Positions 18,583 through 27,027 of a DNA stretch of 52,739 bases are shown here, piece after piece (the first letter of the stretch is position 1; every line of letters begins with the position of its first letter). The notes under the pieces are model-generated. The model worked only from the letters and a program-made list of their open reading frames with translations, was not told the DNA's origin and made no database searches. Made by a program: the position numbers and the translations under genes. The DNA is from a virus (lineage: Duplodnaviria; Caudoviricetes), in IMG/VR virus record IMGVR_UViG_3300044512_003224, positions 1-52,739 of that record; one strand, written 5' to 3'.

Positions 18583-21268
18583 AACATTATATTTAAATAG
18601 CTCCTTTGAAAGTAAAGCTTTTAAAAAAGGCTCTAAGTCTCTTAAAATTGCTGGATATGCTAATACTACAGTTAAAGATCGCGCTGGCGATGTTGTAACT
18701 GCAGAAGCTTGGGCTAAAGGCGTAGAAAACTTTAGACGTAATCCAGTTCTTTTATACCAACATAAGCATGACTGCCCTATTGGTAAAGTAGAAAAGATTC
18801 AAGTCGATAAAAAAGGTCTTTACGTAGAAGGAATGATCTCAGAAGCAGCAGAAAAAACACACGGTGTACAAACTCTTGTTAAAGATGGCGCGCTAAAAAG
18901 TTTTTCTGTAGGTTTTAGAGTAAAAGATGGAAAATATAATAGAGACGACGATTCTATGTTAATTACAGATGTTGAGCTACTTGAGATTTCAGTAGTATCA
19001 GTTCCGTGTAACCAAGATTCTCTATTTTCTATTCGTAAAAGTTTTGAATCTGATCAAGATTATAAAGAATTTGTAAAAACACTTGATGAAGTATCAAGCG
19101 ATGAATTAAAAATGATGCGTAGTATAAAGGCTGGAATCACCGATGTACAGAATGGACATTATCATACCGTTGAAATGGACGAAAATGGAAACGGAGTTAC
19201 TACATACGCATCTCATATGTCCAACCACGCACACAAAGTTGTAAGTGGTGTTGTACTAGAGGCTGAGGGTCATACTCATGCTATAACAATGATGGGTGTT
19301 CCAATTCATAATATGGAGAACGAGGAAGTTGTAAATGAACGTCCTTTATCTCCTTCAGAGGAGGATGCAATGTCTCAAGATAAGACGGATATTGTTGAAG
19401 AAACTAAAGACATCTCTGAAGTAACCGAAGATGCAGTAGAAACAACTGAAGAAGTTGCGAAAACTGTTGAAGAAGTAACTGATGAAAAGTCTGAAACTGA
19501 CTCAACAGAGCTTGAAACTAAAGCGACTGCCGAAGAGCATATTGATGATATAGAAAAAGATGATTTAGAGGATGAGTTAGAAATTCGTGATCCTAATGAG
19601 TCTATTCCTATGGTTAATTTGTTATCAGCAAGCCCAGAGGAACTTCAGCATGGTGATTTAGTTAATTACAACGAAAAAATGTTTAGGGTAACTAAAATAG
19701 CAACTGCCCAATCACCAATCTTTAAATTTTTAGAGGTTGACGCAGATGGTAAAGAAAGTGATAATGTTCTTAATGTGAATGCAGATGAACTTTCACAAGT
19801 CGATGCCAAAAATAATACTAAGAGTGAAGACGAAGTTTCTAACGCAAGTCTGACTAAAGAGCTTCACAATATTTCTGATAAGGAGAAAGACGAAATGGCT
19901 GATCAAGTCGTAGATACTATCGATCTAGAAACTGCTAAAAAAGAAGCAGCAATTGAGATCAAAAAAGATGCTACTCCGGTAGTAGAAGTGTCTGAGCCTC
20001 AAGTTGCAGAACTGGTTGAAAAAGCCGGTGAAGCTATTATAACAGAGTCAGACGCTAAAGAAAAATCTGATTACACTCCTCGCGAAAGCGAGCAGGTATC
20101 TGAGTTAAAATCTCAGATCGCAAAATACCAAGAAGAAGTTAATGCACTTCAGCGTTCTAAAATGCATTATCAAGAGTCCTCACGTAATCAACAGCAGTTC
20201 TCAGAGAAGGACCAAGCAAACGCAGTTATGCTTGCTAAAATGTTGAACAGACGTGATGTATTTGACACAAAGATTGGCCAGCGTATGAAAGCTGTTACAA
20301 CTGTGGATCAATTCTTGAGCAACTTCTCACAAAACATCTATACAGAGATGGAACAGCAACTTGTAGTTGCACCAATGTTTAATCGTGTAGCTGTGGATGC
20401 AAAAACATTCCGCGTACCAGTTGCCGATGAAGACACTGATGGTGATGTAGCACAGTTTGCATCAGGAACATTTGCAACAGGTATTGCAGATGCAAGTCGT
20501 GTACCAACAAGCAACCAAAACACCATCTCATCTGTAGACTTTACTCCACACAAGTTTATGGCAACAACTCACTTAGCAAAAGACGAAGAAGAAGACACAG
20601 TTCTTCCTTTACTCGACTTTTTACGTGCAGCAGCGACTCGTCGTTTAGCACGCGCTATTGATAAATCAATTCTACGTGGAACAGGTGCAGGAGCAGGCTT
20701 TACAGCATCACCTACAAATGCTATCTCAGCAGGTACAGGTTATGCTTCTGTTATCGAAGGTATTACAAACCTAACAACTGACGCTTCTCTCGAAGTATCA
20801 ACAGGTTCTGCCAACGATAAAGCTGATCCTTCTGATATCGCTTCAGCTCGTAGCACCCTAGGTAAATATGGTCTTCAGCTTGGTAACGATCTCGTATTCG
20901 TTACTTCAATTGAAGGTTATAACAACCTTGTAACAACATCAGACTTCCAGACTGTAGATAAGTTCGGTCCTAACGCAACATATCTAACTGGTTCAGTTGG
21001 TGCTGTATACGGTATTCCAATCGCTATCTCTGAGTTCTTAGATGGTGTTGGATCAACAGGTAACCACCTTGGTGTTCTACTTTACAAGCCAGGATTCATG
21101 ATCGCAGAAAGACGCGGTATTGAGATCGAGAGCGAGTACGAACCACGCCAGCAGGTCACTGCAATGTACATGTCAACACGTATTGACTTCAAAGCATTGA
21201 CTACAAACGCAAGTTCAGCATTGGATTCTTCAAAGTATTCATACGCTGTAACAGTTGCAGCTGGTTAA
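18575..21268 (+). CDS. fused prohead protease / acidic linker / HK97-fold major capsid protein
   Basis: IAGYAN, LLYQH..PIG, FSVGF, LLEISVVSVPCN (HK97 protease); C-terminal ~457-aa capsid (LARAIDKSILRGTG, GAVYGIPI); no internal stop; GAGG RBS favours ATG 18575. Confidence 0.92.
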   Translation: MDKTLYLNSSFESKAFKKGSKSLKIAGYANTTVKDRAGDVVTAEAWAKGVENFRRNPVLLYQHKHDCPIGKVEKIQVDKKGLYVEGMISEAAEKTHGVQTLVKDGALKSFSVGFRVKDGKYNRDDDSMLITDVELLEISVVSVPCNQDSLFSIRKSFESDQDYKEFVKTLDEVSSDELKMMRSIKAGITDVQNGHYHTVEMDENGNGVTTYASHMSNHAHKVVSGVVLEAEGHTHAITMMGVPIHNMENEEVVNERPLSPSEEDAMSQDKTDIVEETKDISEVTEDAVETTEEVAKTVEEVTDEKSETDSTELETKATAEEHIDDIEKDDLEDELEIRDPNESIPMVNLLSASPEELQHGDLVNYNEKMFRVTKIATAQSPIFKFLEVDADGKESDNVLNVNADELSQVDAKNNTKSEDEVSNASLTKELHNISDKEKDEMADQVVDTIDLETAKKEAAIEIKKDATPVVEVSEPQVAELVEKAGEAIITESDAKEKSDYTPRESEQVSELKSQIAKYQEEVNALQRSKMHYQESSRNQQQFSEKDQANAVMLAKMLNRRDVFDTKIGQRMKAVTTVDQFLSNFSQNIYTEMEQQLVVAPMFNRVAVDAKTFRVPVADEDTDGDVAQFASGTFATGIADASRVPTSNQNTISSVDFTPHKFMATTHLAKDEEEDTVLPLLDFLRAAATRRLARAIDKSILRGTGAGAGFTASPTNAISAGTGYASVIEGITNLTTDASLEVSTGSANDKADPSDIASARSTLGKYGLQLGNDLVFVTSIEGYNNLVTTSDFQTVDKFGPNATYLTGSVGAVYGIPIAISEFLDGVGSTGNHLGVLLYKPGFMIAERRGIEIESEYEPRQQVTAMYMSTRIDFKALTTNASSALDSSKYSYAVTVAAG
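19737..19765 (+). promoter_or_regulatory. intragenic promoter upstream of internal capsid start
   Basis: TTGACG-17 nt-GATAAT, 130 nt before in-frame AAGGAG-N9-ATG (19895). Confidence 0.6.
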
Positions 21269-21295
21269 TAGAAGATTTACATCTTTGGTTAACAC

Positions 21296-21324
21296 AGGGG
21301 GAGGCGGACAACGTCTCCCCTTTT
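21296..21324 (+). terminator. rho-independent terminator after capsid gene
   Basis: GGGGAGGCG-gacaa-CGTCTCCCC-TTTT. Confidence 0.8.
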
Positions 21325-21346
21325 ATCATTCAAAAGGAGAAATATA

Positions 21347-21649
21347 ATGGTAATGATTCCAGAATATATTAAAACAATAGATGAAGCTCGTGAGTACTTA
21401 TACCGACATGGTTACAGTGTTGATGTAGCAGCAGAAGAATTAAAAAATTGGGAAGCTCCAGCAGTTGTTGAAGAGACCGTCCCCGCCCCAGAGCCTGAAG
21501 TAGCTGAACCTACTCCAGCCCCAGCACCAGTTGCAGTTTCTATTCCTGAGCCTGTAGAAGAAGAGGAAGAGGAAGAGGAAGAGGAAGAGGAAGAAGATTG
21601 GGATGAAGAAGACGAAGACTGGGACGAAGAAGACGAAGACGAAGAGTAA
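21347..21649 (+). CDS. small protein with Pro/Glu linker and poly-acidic tail
   Basis: AAGGAG RBS; ends in a poly-E run followed by DWDEEDEDWDEEDEDEE. Confidence 0.75.
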   Translation: MVMIPEYIKTIDEAREYLYRHGYSVDVAAEELKNWEAPAVVEETVPAPEPEVAEPTPAPAPVAVSIPEPVEEEEEEEEEEEEEDWDEEDEDWDEEDEDEE

Positions 21650-21672
21650 TTTTAATTTAAGGCAGGTGTCTC

Positions 21673-23013
21673 ATGGTAGATAGATTACAAGAAAATTTAG
21701 GTAAATATCCGTATATAGATTTAGATCAAGTAAAAGATTATTTGTCTATTTCTAGTACTTCCGCTGATGCAAGGTTATCTAACATCATAAACTATGCAAC
21801 CGGTGTTGTAGAACACTACATAGGTCAAGAAATTTTGGCTAATGATTATGTTGAAGTTTTTGATGGCGGAAAGTCCTCTGTGTTAGTAAGTCGTTTACCT
21901 CTTTCTAATGTTTATTCTGTCTCAGAGTTTAATGGACAAGAAGAGCAAATTCTCGATGATCCTACAACTATTGGGACACCTGTTACAACTTCTACTGATG
22001 CATTAAGTCTCTCTTTTAAGGGAGATGCGCATCTTAATGGTAAGGTTAAAAAGTTTGGTAAATCATCATTAGAGCTGTTTTCAGACGGTGATTATGTCTT
22101 AGGTGCGCCTGTGACAGACCAACTAAAATTTGAAGAAGGTAATTTTACCATTGAGATGTTTATTCGCGTTGATCAAGCGACTTTGCAAGATAATGTGATA
22201 TTTTCAATTAACACAGACGCCTCAAATTATATGCAATTTCGTTTAGCGAATCAATATGGTTTAGAGTTTGAGGCAAATGTTGATGGAACTGCGATTTCTG
22301 CTAACGGACCTAATACACTTATAGAGTCTCAACAGTTTGCTAAAAGGCAGTGGGCACACGTTGCAGTGACACGAGATTTAGATAATGAAAAAATATATAT
22401 GCATTATAATGGAAATGTTATAGCTGACCAGTCTTATACTGTCGCTAATTTAACATTTACCACTAATGTTGAAATAGGAAGTACATTTAAAGGTTATTTA
22501 GACGAGGTGCGTGTATCCGATCAGGCAAGATACACAGGTTCAGATTTTTCAGTAAACACTAAGAGATTCAGGCCTGACAATGATACTGCGTTATTAATTC
22601 ATTTTGATGGCAAGAATGGCGCTACAGAAGCAAAAGACGTCCACAATGCTGTTAATGAATTTAACTTTTCCCGTGATATGGGAGAGATAACTCGTGATAC
22701 TGGAGGGGTAGGAGTTCGTGGAACATATCCTACAAGTAGAAACTCTTATCCTGCACTTACACTAGCAGGACCTCCTGCTTTTCAAGCATTTCCTTCTGGA
22801 GTCAAAGTAGACTATAGAGCTGGTTATGAATCTGATAGTGTTCCTCAAGATATTCAACTAGCTACTCTTGATTTTATAAAATTGATATACAAACAAGATC
22901 AAGAGAAAAAAGGATTTTCCTTTGAAGGTGAGCGAGGAGATAACTTCCCACTTGCTGGTAACTTCCCTCCACATATTAGACGTATTTTAGATCTTTACAG
23001 GATTATTGCTTAA
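21673..23013 (+). CDS. head-tail adaptor (head completion) with inserted LamG/ConA-like domain
   Basis: VKDYLSI...DARL..II..A...VEHY and KVDYRAGY..VPQDIQLA...FPPHIRRILDLYR flank FTIEMFIR, WAHVAVTR, GYLDEVRVS. Confidence 0.85.
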   Translation: MVDRLQENLGKYPYIDLDQVKDYLSISSTSADARLSNIINYATGVVEHYIGQEILANDYVEVFDGGKSSVLVSRLPLSNVYSVSEFNGQEEQILDDPTTIGTPVTTSTDALSLSFKGDAHLNGKVKKFGKSSLELFSDGDYVLGAPVTDQLKFEEGNFTIEMFIRVDQATLQDNVIFSINTDASNYMQFRLANQYGLEFEANVDGTAISANGPNTLIESQQFAKRQWAHVAVTRDLDNEKIYMHYNGNVIADQSYTVANLTFTTNVEIGSTFKGYLDEVRVSDQARYTGSDFSVNTKRFRPDNDTALLIHFDGKNGATEAKDVHNAVNEFNFSRDMGEITRDTGGVGVRGTYPTSRNSYPALTLAGPPAFQAFPSGVKVDYRAGYESDSVPQDIQLATLDFIKLIYKQDQEKKGFSFEGERGDNFPLAGNFPPHIRRILDLYRIIA

Positions 23014-24365
23014 TGGCAAGATATGCACAAACACTACAGACATTTTTTCCTAATAAAAAGATTCGTGTAGATGTTGGCTTACGATCTCGCGAAGCAAAGA
23101 AACTTACAGGTATAAGAACTCAAGTTACTCGCGCAGTTTCTGATTTTATATCTGAAGAACTTAAAAAAGGTGGCTTTGGAGGAAAACTTTCGTCCAAACA
23201 AAAAAATGCTTTTAGAAAAGCTGCAGGAACTAGAGGAGATCCTTCTCCTGACGCTTTAATAGACTTAGATGAGTTTGAGTCTGCTCTACGTGATATTGGA
23301 AAGCCAATGTCTCTTAGCGAAAGCGCTATTATTAAAGATAATGTTCAGCGCATTACTACAGCTGAAACTAAAGTTACAGGTGTTGGTTCTACTGATACAA
23401 TAGAAATTACAAGCTTTCAAATTGGTAAGGGTAGAGAACAAGATGCTAAAAAAATACAAACTGCTGCTAAAGGCAGATCTAATATAGCAGGTCAAGATGC
23501 GGTTAACTTACTTTTTTCAAAACCGTTTAAACAATATAGAGATAGACTATTTATCGCTGCTAAAAATAAACTTGAAAATTTAACACTAGTTTCTACAATA
23601 GATCCAGCAGGTAAAACAGGTTTAGATGTTAGATTTATTGCAAATCCGATTGATAAAATACCGCTAACTAAAGCTAATATTTTAAAATATTTTGATATTC
23701 GTTTTAGGCCTAGGAGTGGTAAGCCAGACCAATTTAGACTTACAATTTCAACAAAAGCCTCCTACACAAGAGAAATAAAAAAACAAGCAACTGATATAAC
23801 AAAGTTAATACAACGTGCTCAACTTAAAGCTGTGGGTGGCGAAACGTTTGGTGAAGGCTTTTTAGGTTATATAAGTCGTCAATTATCTACAGGAGAGCGT
23901 AAAACAAAAGATGTTGGAGCATTTTTAGCTATTGGTTTAGCGTTTGCTCGTGAATTTGATTCAAAGCCTTTTACTATTAAAACAGCATTAAATGAGCCAT
24001 CTCCACAAGCTTCTTTACTGACAACTGTAGCGGCTAAAAATCAGCGTCGCAAAGAAAAAGAAACTTTAGATACAGGCTTTATTTCTGGAGTACAACTTTC
24101 AAAACTAGTTCAAGCACGATTAGGCCAAACAATGGAAAAAAGCGGAATGGCAGAACCACCTGATATGAAGGAACGTACTGGTAGATTTAGACGTAGTGTT
24201 CAAGTAATTCCTAACTATAGACGTGCAGTGATGCGCTATCTTTATAATCCTCTTTATGATGGAAATCTACGTTATGGATATCGCCCTGATCTACAAGTAG
24301 CTGAGGCAACTCGTGATGTAGTGCAGGCAATTTTTAAAAGACAATTTGCAATAGTGAGAGCATAA
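23013..24365 (+). CDS. tail completion/neck protein (T5 p143-like)
   Basis: Position; basic; C-terminal RTGRFRRSV...YLYNP.Y motif. Confidence 0.65.
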   Translation: MARYAQTLQTFFPNKKIRVDVGLRSREAKKLTGIRTQVTRAVSDFISEELKKGGFGGKLSSKQKNAFRKAAGTRGDPSPDALIDLDEFESALRDIGKPMSLSESAIIKDNVQRITTAETKVTGVGSTDTIEITSFQIGKGREQDAKKIQTAAKGRSNIAGQDAVNLLFSKPFKQYRDRLFIAAKNKLENLTLVSTIDPAGKTGLDVRFIANPIDKIPLTKANILKYFDIRFRPRSGKPDQFRLTISTKASYTREIKKQATDITKLIQRAQLKAVGGETFGEGFLGYISRQLSTGERKTKDVGAFLAIGLAFAREFDSKPFTIKTALNEPSPQASLLTTVAAKNQRRKEKETLDTGFISGVQLSKLVQARLGQTMEKSGMAEPPDMKERTGRFRRSVQVIPNYRRAVMRYLYNPLYDGNLRYGYRPDLQVAEATRDVVQAIFKRQFAIVRA

Positions 24366-24820
24366 TGCCGACTTCAAGAAGAACTGAGATAATAGATTTT
24401 TTAGTAACCCAACTCAAAGAGATTGACGGCGAAGTTTCAGGGTTTGATTCAGCTTATACTTATAACACAAATTTATTTAATAATGTTTTTAGAAAATTAA
24501 AATTTTTAGATGAGGTAAATGACTTTCCAGCACTATATGTAGCAGCAGGCACCGAAATTCGAGATTTTAATTCTAAAAGTTTGACGGTAGCGACTTTAGA
24601 CGTTACCATAAGATCATACGTTTATGGAGAAGATAATTCTCAAAGCCTCGCAGATGACTTAGTTCAAGATATAGAGCATGTCATTTACTCGATTGGTGAC
24701 AATCCTGACAAGGGAATACTTGATATAATAATAGAAAGTATATCTACTGATGAGGGATTAGCTATTCCGTATGGTCTCGCTGAGGCTCAACTTACCGTAG
24801 TCTATAGACTAGAAAATTAA
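24365..24820 (+). CDS. tail terminator protein (T5 p142-like)
   Basis: Immediately before tail tube; FLDEVNDFP, TDEGL.IPYG. Confidence 0.85.
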   Translation: MPTSRRTEIIDFLVTQLKEIDGEVSGFDSAYTYNTNLFNNVFRKLKFLDEVNDFPALYVAAGTEIRDFNSKSLTVATLDVTIRSYVYGEDNSQSLADDLVQDIEHVIYSIGDNPDKGILDIIIESISTDEGLAIPYGLAEAQLTVVYRLEN

Positions 24821-24830
24821 GGAGAAAAAA

Positions 24831-26102
24831 ATGGCATCTCTTAACCTACAGAGAAACTCAGAAGTGTTTATGTCAACTGTTGATTTGATCAACGGTGCAC
24901 AAGTTACTGCTATGACACCTGAGAACACATGGAAACTTGAGGTTCTTGCAGGATTTGCAGTAACCTCTTCAGCCGCGACTCAGGATATTACCAGTCTTGA
25001 ATCAGGCACTAACCCAGATAGATCACAACAGCGATTTAATACAGCTATTAACCCTGTTGATTGGAATCTTCAAGTTTACTTACGCCCTACTGGCGCTATC
25101 ACTGGTGCAGCCGCTGATACAACTGATGCAGGTACAAACCAAACTGGTAACGTAAAACCTGTTGCTGATTGGTTTATGTGGCAGTCAATGGTATCAAATA
25201 CTAAAGTAGCTTCTGGAGTTACAGAGCAATCAGTTTGGGAATCAGGTGGAAAACTTCGCACAACTAATGTTGCTGCAGGCACTGGTTCACACTCTACTCG
25301 TTCTAACTTCTCAACCGCTACTGAAAATCATATGTACTTTAAACTTGATAACGTCTTTTATCAAGTATCAAATGCTACTGTTAACCAAGCAACGGTTGAC
25401 GCAGGAATTGAAGAAATTGCTACAGTTACATGGACAGGTTTTGGTACAACCCTAAAAGAATTAACTGATTTACCAAGAAATAATGCTGTCTCAGTATTTG
25501 GTGGAATCTTAAATGATGGATCTACTGTAACAGCTAACTCAAATGTTTCTGAGGTAACAGAAACTGTTGCTTATCACCCATTCAATCAAATGAATGTAGC
25601 AGGATCTATTGGTACAAACTCATTTATTAAGAATCGTCTTAGCACAATTGAGTTTCATCACCAAGCATCAGCTGGAGCGTCTGATGAGAAGTTTACCTTC
25701 CCGGTCACTGCACTAACTTTTGATTATAATAACAATATTACATACTTAACTCCAGAAGAACTTGCTGCTCTTAACGAGCCTATTGGCCAGTTTACTGGAA
25801 CTCGTGCAGTCACAGGATCTGCAACTATGTACTTAAGATCTGGTGATTTAGAATCAGCAGGTTTCTTACGTAATATTTCAGAAGACTCACGTACTTCTTC
25901 AGCACAAACTTCAAACGCTAACTTAATTGTTGGTGGATCAACTGCTCCATATGTTGCTTTCCAACTTGATGCAGTTCAGTTTGAGTTTCCACAGTTAGCA
26001 ACAGAAGATGTTATTTCTATGACTGTTAACTTTGTTGGACAAGAGCCTTCAGCTTCAAAAGGTACTGGTGGAGAAGTATCAATCTTTGCTGCAAAGTCTT
26101 AA
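24831..26102 (+). CDS. major tail tube protein (T5 pb6-like)
   Basis: SLNLQRNSEVFMST, FNTAINPVDW...YLRP, NNITYLTPE, FTGTRAVTGS; AAGGAG RBS. Confidence 0.9.
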   Translation: MASLNLQRNSEVFMSTVDLINGAQVTAMTPENTWKLEVLAGFAVTSSAATQDITSLESGTNPDRSQQRFNTAINPVDWNLQVYLRPTGAITGAAADTTDAGTNQTGNVKPVADWFMWQSMVSNTKVASGVTEQSVWESGGKLRTTNVAAGTGSHSTRSNFSTATENHMYFKLDNVFYQVSNATVNQATVDAGIEEIATVTWTGFGTTLKELTDLPRNNAVSVFGGILNDGSTVTANSNVSEVTETVAYHPFNQMNVAGSIGTNSFIKNRLSTIEFHHQASAGASDEKFTFPVTALTFDYNNNITYLTPEELAALNEPIGQFTGTRAVTGSATMYLRSGDLESAGFLRNISEDSRTSSAQTSNANLIVGGSTAPYVAFQLDAVQFEFPQLATEDVISMTVNFVGQEPSASKGTGGEVSIFAAKS

Positions 26103-26113
26103 TTAAATGTTTC

Positions 26114-26226
26114 TGAGGGGGAACATTAACTATTTACCAGAAGAGTACCCGTTACTTGCGATTCAAGGTCCCCCCTCACCTAAGAAAAGCAGATATGTAA
26201 TGGGTACTCGTTTTTTTAGAGGGGAA
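26114..26226 (+). promoter_or_regulatory. structured intergenic RNA element (terminator-like stem plus pseudoknot/anti-SD)
   Basis: 13-bp stem 26143-26155/26197-26209 followed by T7; loop CCCCCTCA (26171-26178) complementary to upstream TGAGGGGG (26114-26121) and to the SD GAGGGG (26219-26224). Confidence 0.65.
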
Positions 26227-26230
26227 TCTA

Positions 26231-26662
26231 ATGAGTAAAATTAAAAATAAAATTGTAAAAGAGTCATCAACCTGGGTAGAGTTTCCAGATATAGATGGTT
26301 TTGAGATTAGTCTTCAGTTCTTAACTAGAGATGATCTAATGAAAATTCGTAATGCGTCATTAACTTATAAGTTTAATAAACGCACTCGTCAACGTGAAGA
26401 AGAAATTGATAATGATAAGTTTTTAGAGCACTATGCCGAAAAAGCTATCAAAGACTGGAGAGGCCTTAAGATGAAACATCTTCCAGTTCTACTTCCAGTT
26501 GATATATCTGGTGATGATCCAGAAGAACCTGTTGATTATTCAGAAGAAGATGCAATTGAGCTATTGAAAAATTCAACAATCTTTGATCAGTTTGTCACAG
26601 ATACTATGAATGACTTTGAACAATTTTCTAAGAAAAAAGCTGAGACAAACGAAAAAAACTAA
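26231..26662 (+). CDS. tail assembly chaperone (gpG-like)
   Basis: Between tail tube and tape measure; IKDWRGL; ends at slippery A AAA AAC TAA. Confidence 0.85.
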   Translation: MSKIKNKIVKESSTWVEFPDIDGFEISLQFLTRDDLMKIRNASLTYKFNKRTRQREEEIDNDKFLEHYAEKAIKDWRGLKMKHLPVLLPVDISGDDPEEPVDYSEEDAIELLKNSTIFDQFVTDTMNDFEQFSKKKAETNEKN

Positions 26663-27027
26663 TTGATTACCTCCAAAACTCAATGCATGGCGGAGGTATG
26701 GATTTTGACCAATATTTGCTTATGTGTGAGCAAATGGGTTGGGAACCTAAAGAAGAAGAAATGCCGCTTGACCCTTCTTCTTTGTCGTATGAGTGTCAAC
26801 AAGCGTTAGTTCTTTTAAACGCACTACCAGATAACTGGGAAGGCATGAACGGTGTTTGGTTAGGAAAAGACTATAGTGGTTTGAGTGATATCATGGATAT
26901 TTATCAAATTGATAATAGACGTGAAGTTTTTGAACTTCTTAAAGTTTGCGAGTCTGAGTTAAGTAAATACTATGCTCAAAAACGCAAAGAGCAAGAACAG
27001 CTTTCAAAAGCTAAGAGAGGAAGATAA
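26653..27027 (+). CDS. tail assembly chaperone -1 frameshift extension (gpT-like)
   Basis: -1 frame open from the slippery heptamer 26653-26659 through the 26683..27027 ORF; WEGMNGVWLGKDYS. Confidence 0.8.
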   Translation, partial: KKLIDYLQNSMHGGGMDFDQYLLMCEQMGWEPKEEEMPLDPSSLSYECQQALVLLNALPDNWEGMNGVWLGKDYSGLSDIMDIYQIDNRREVFELLKVCESELSKYYAQKRKEQEQLSKAKRGR

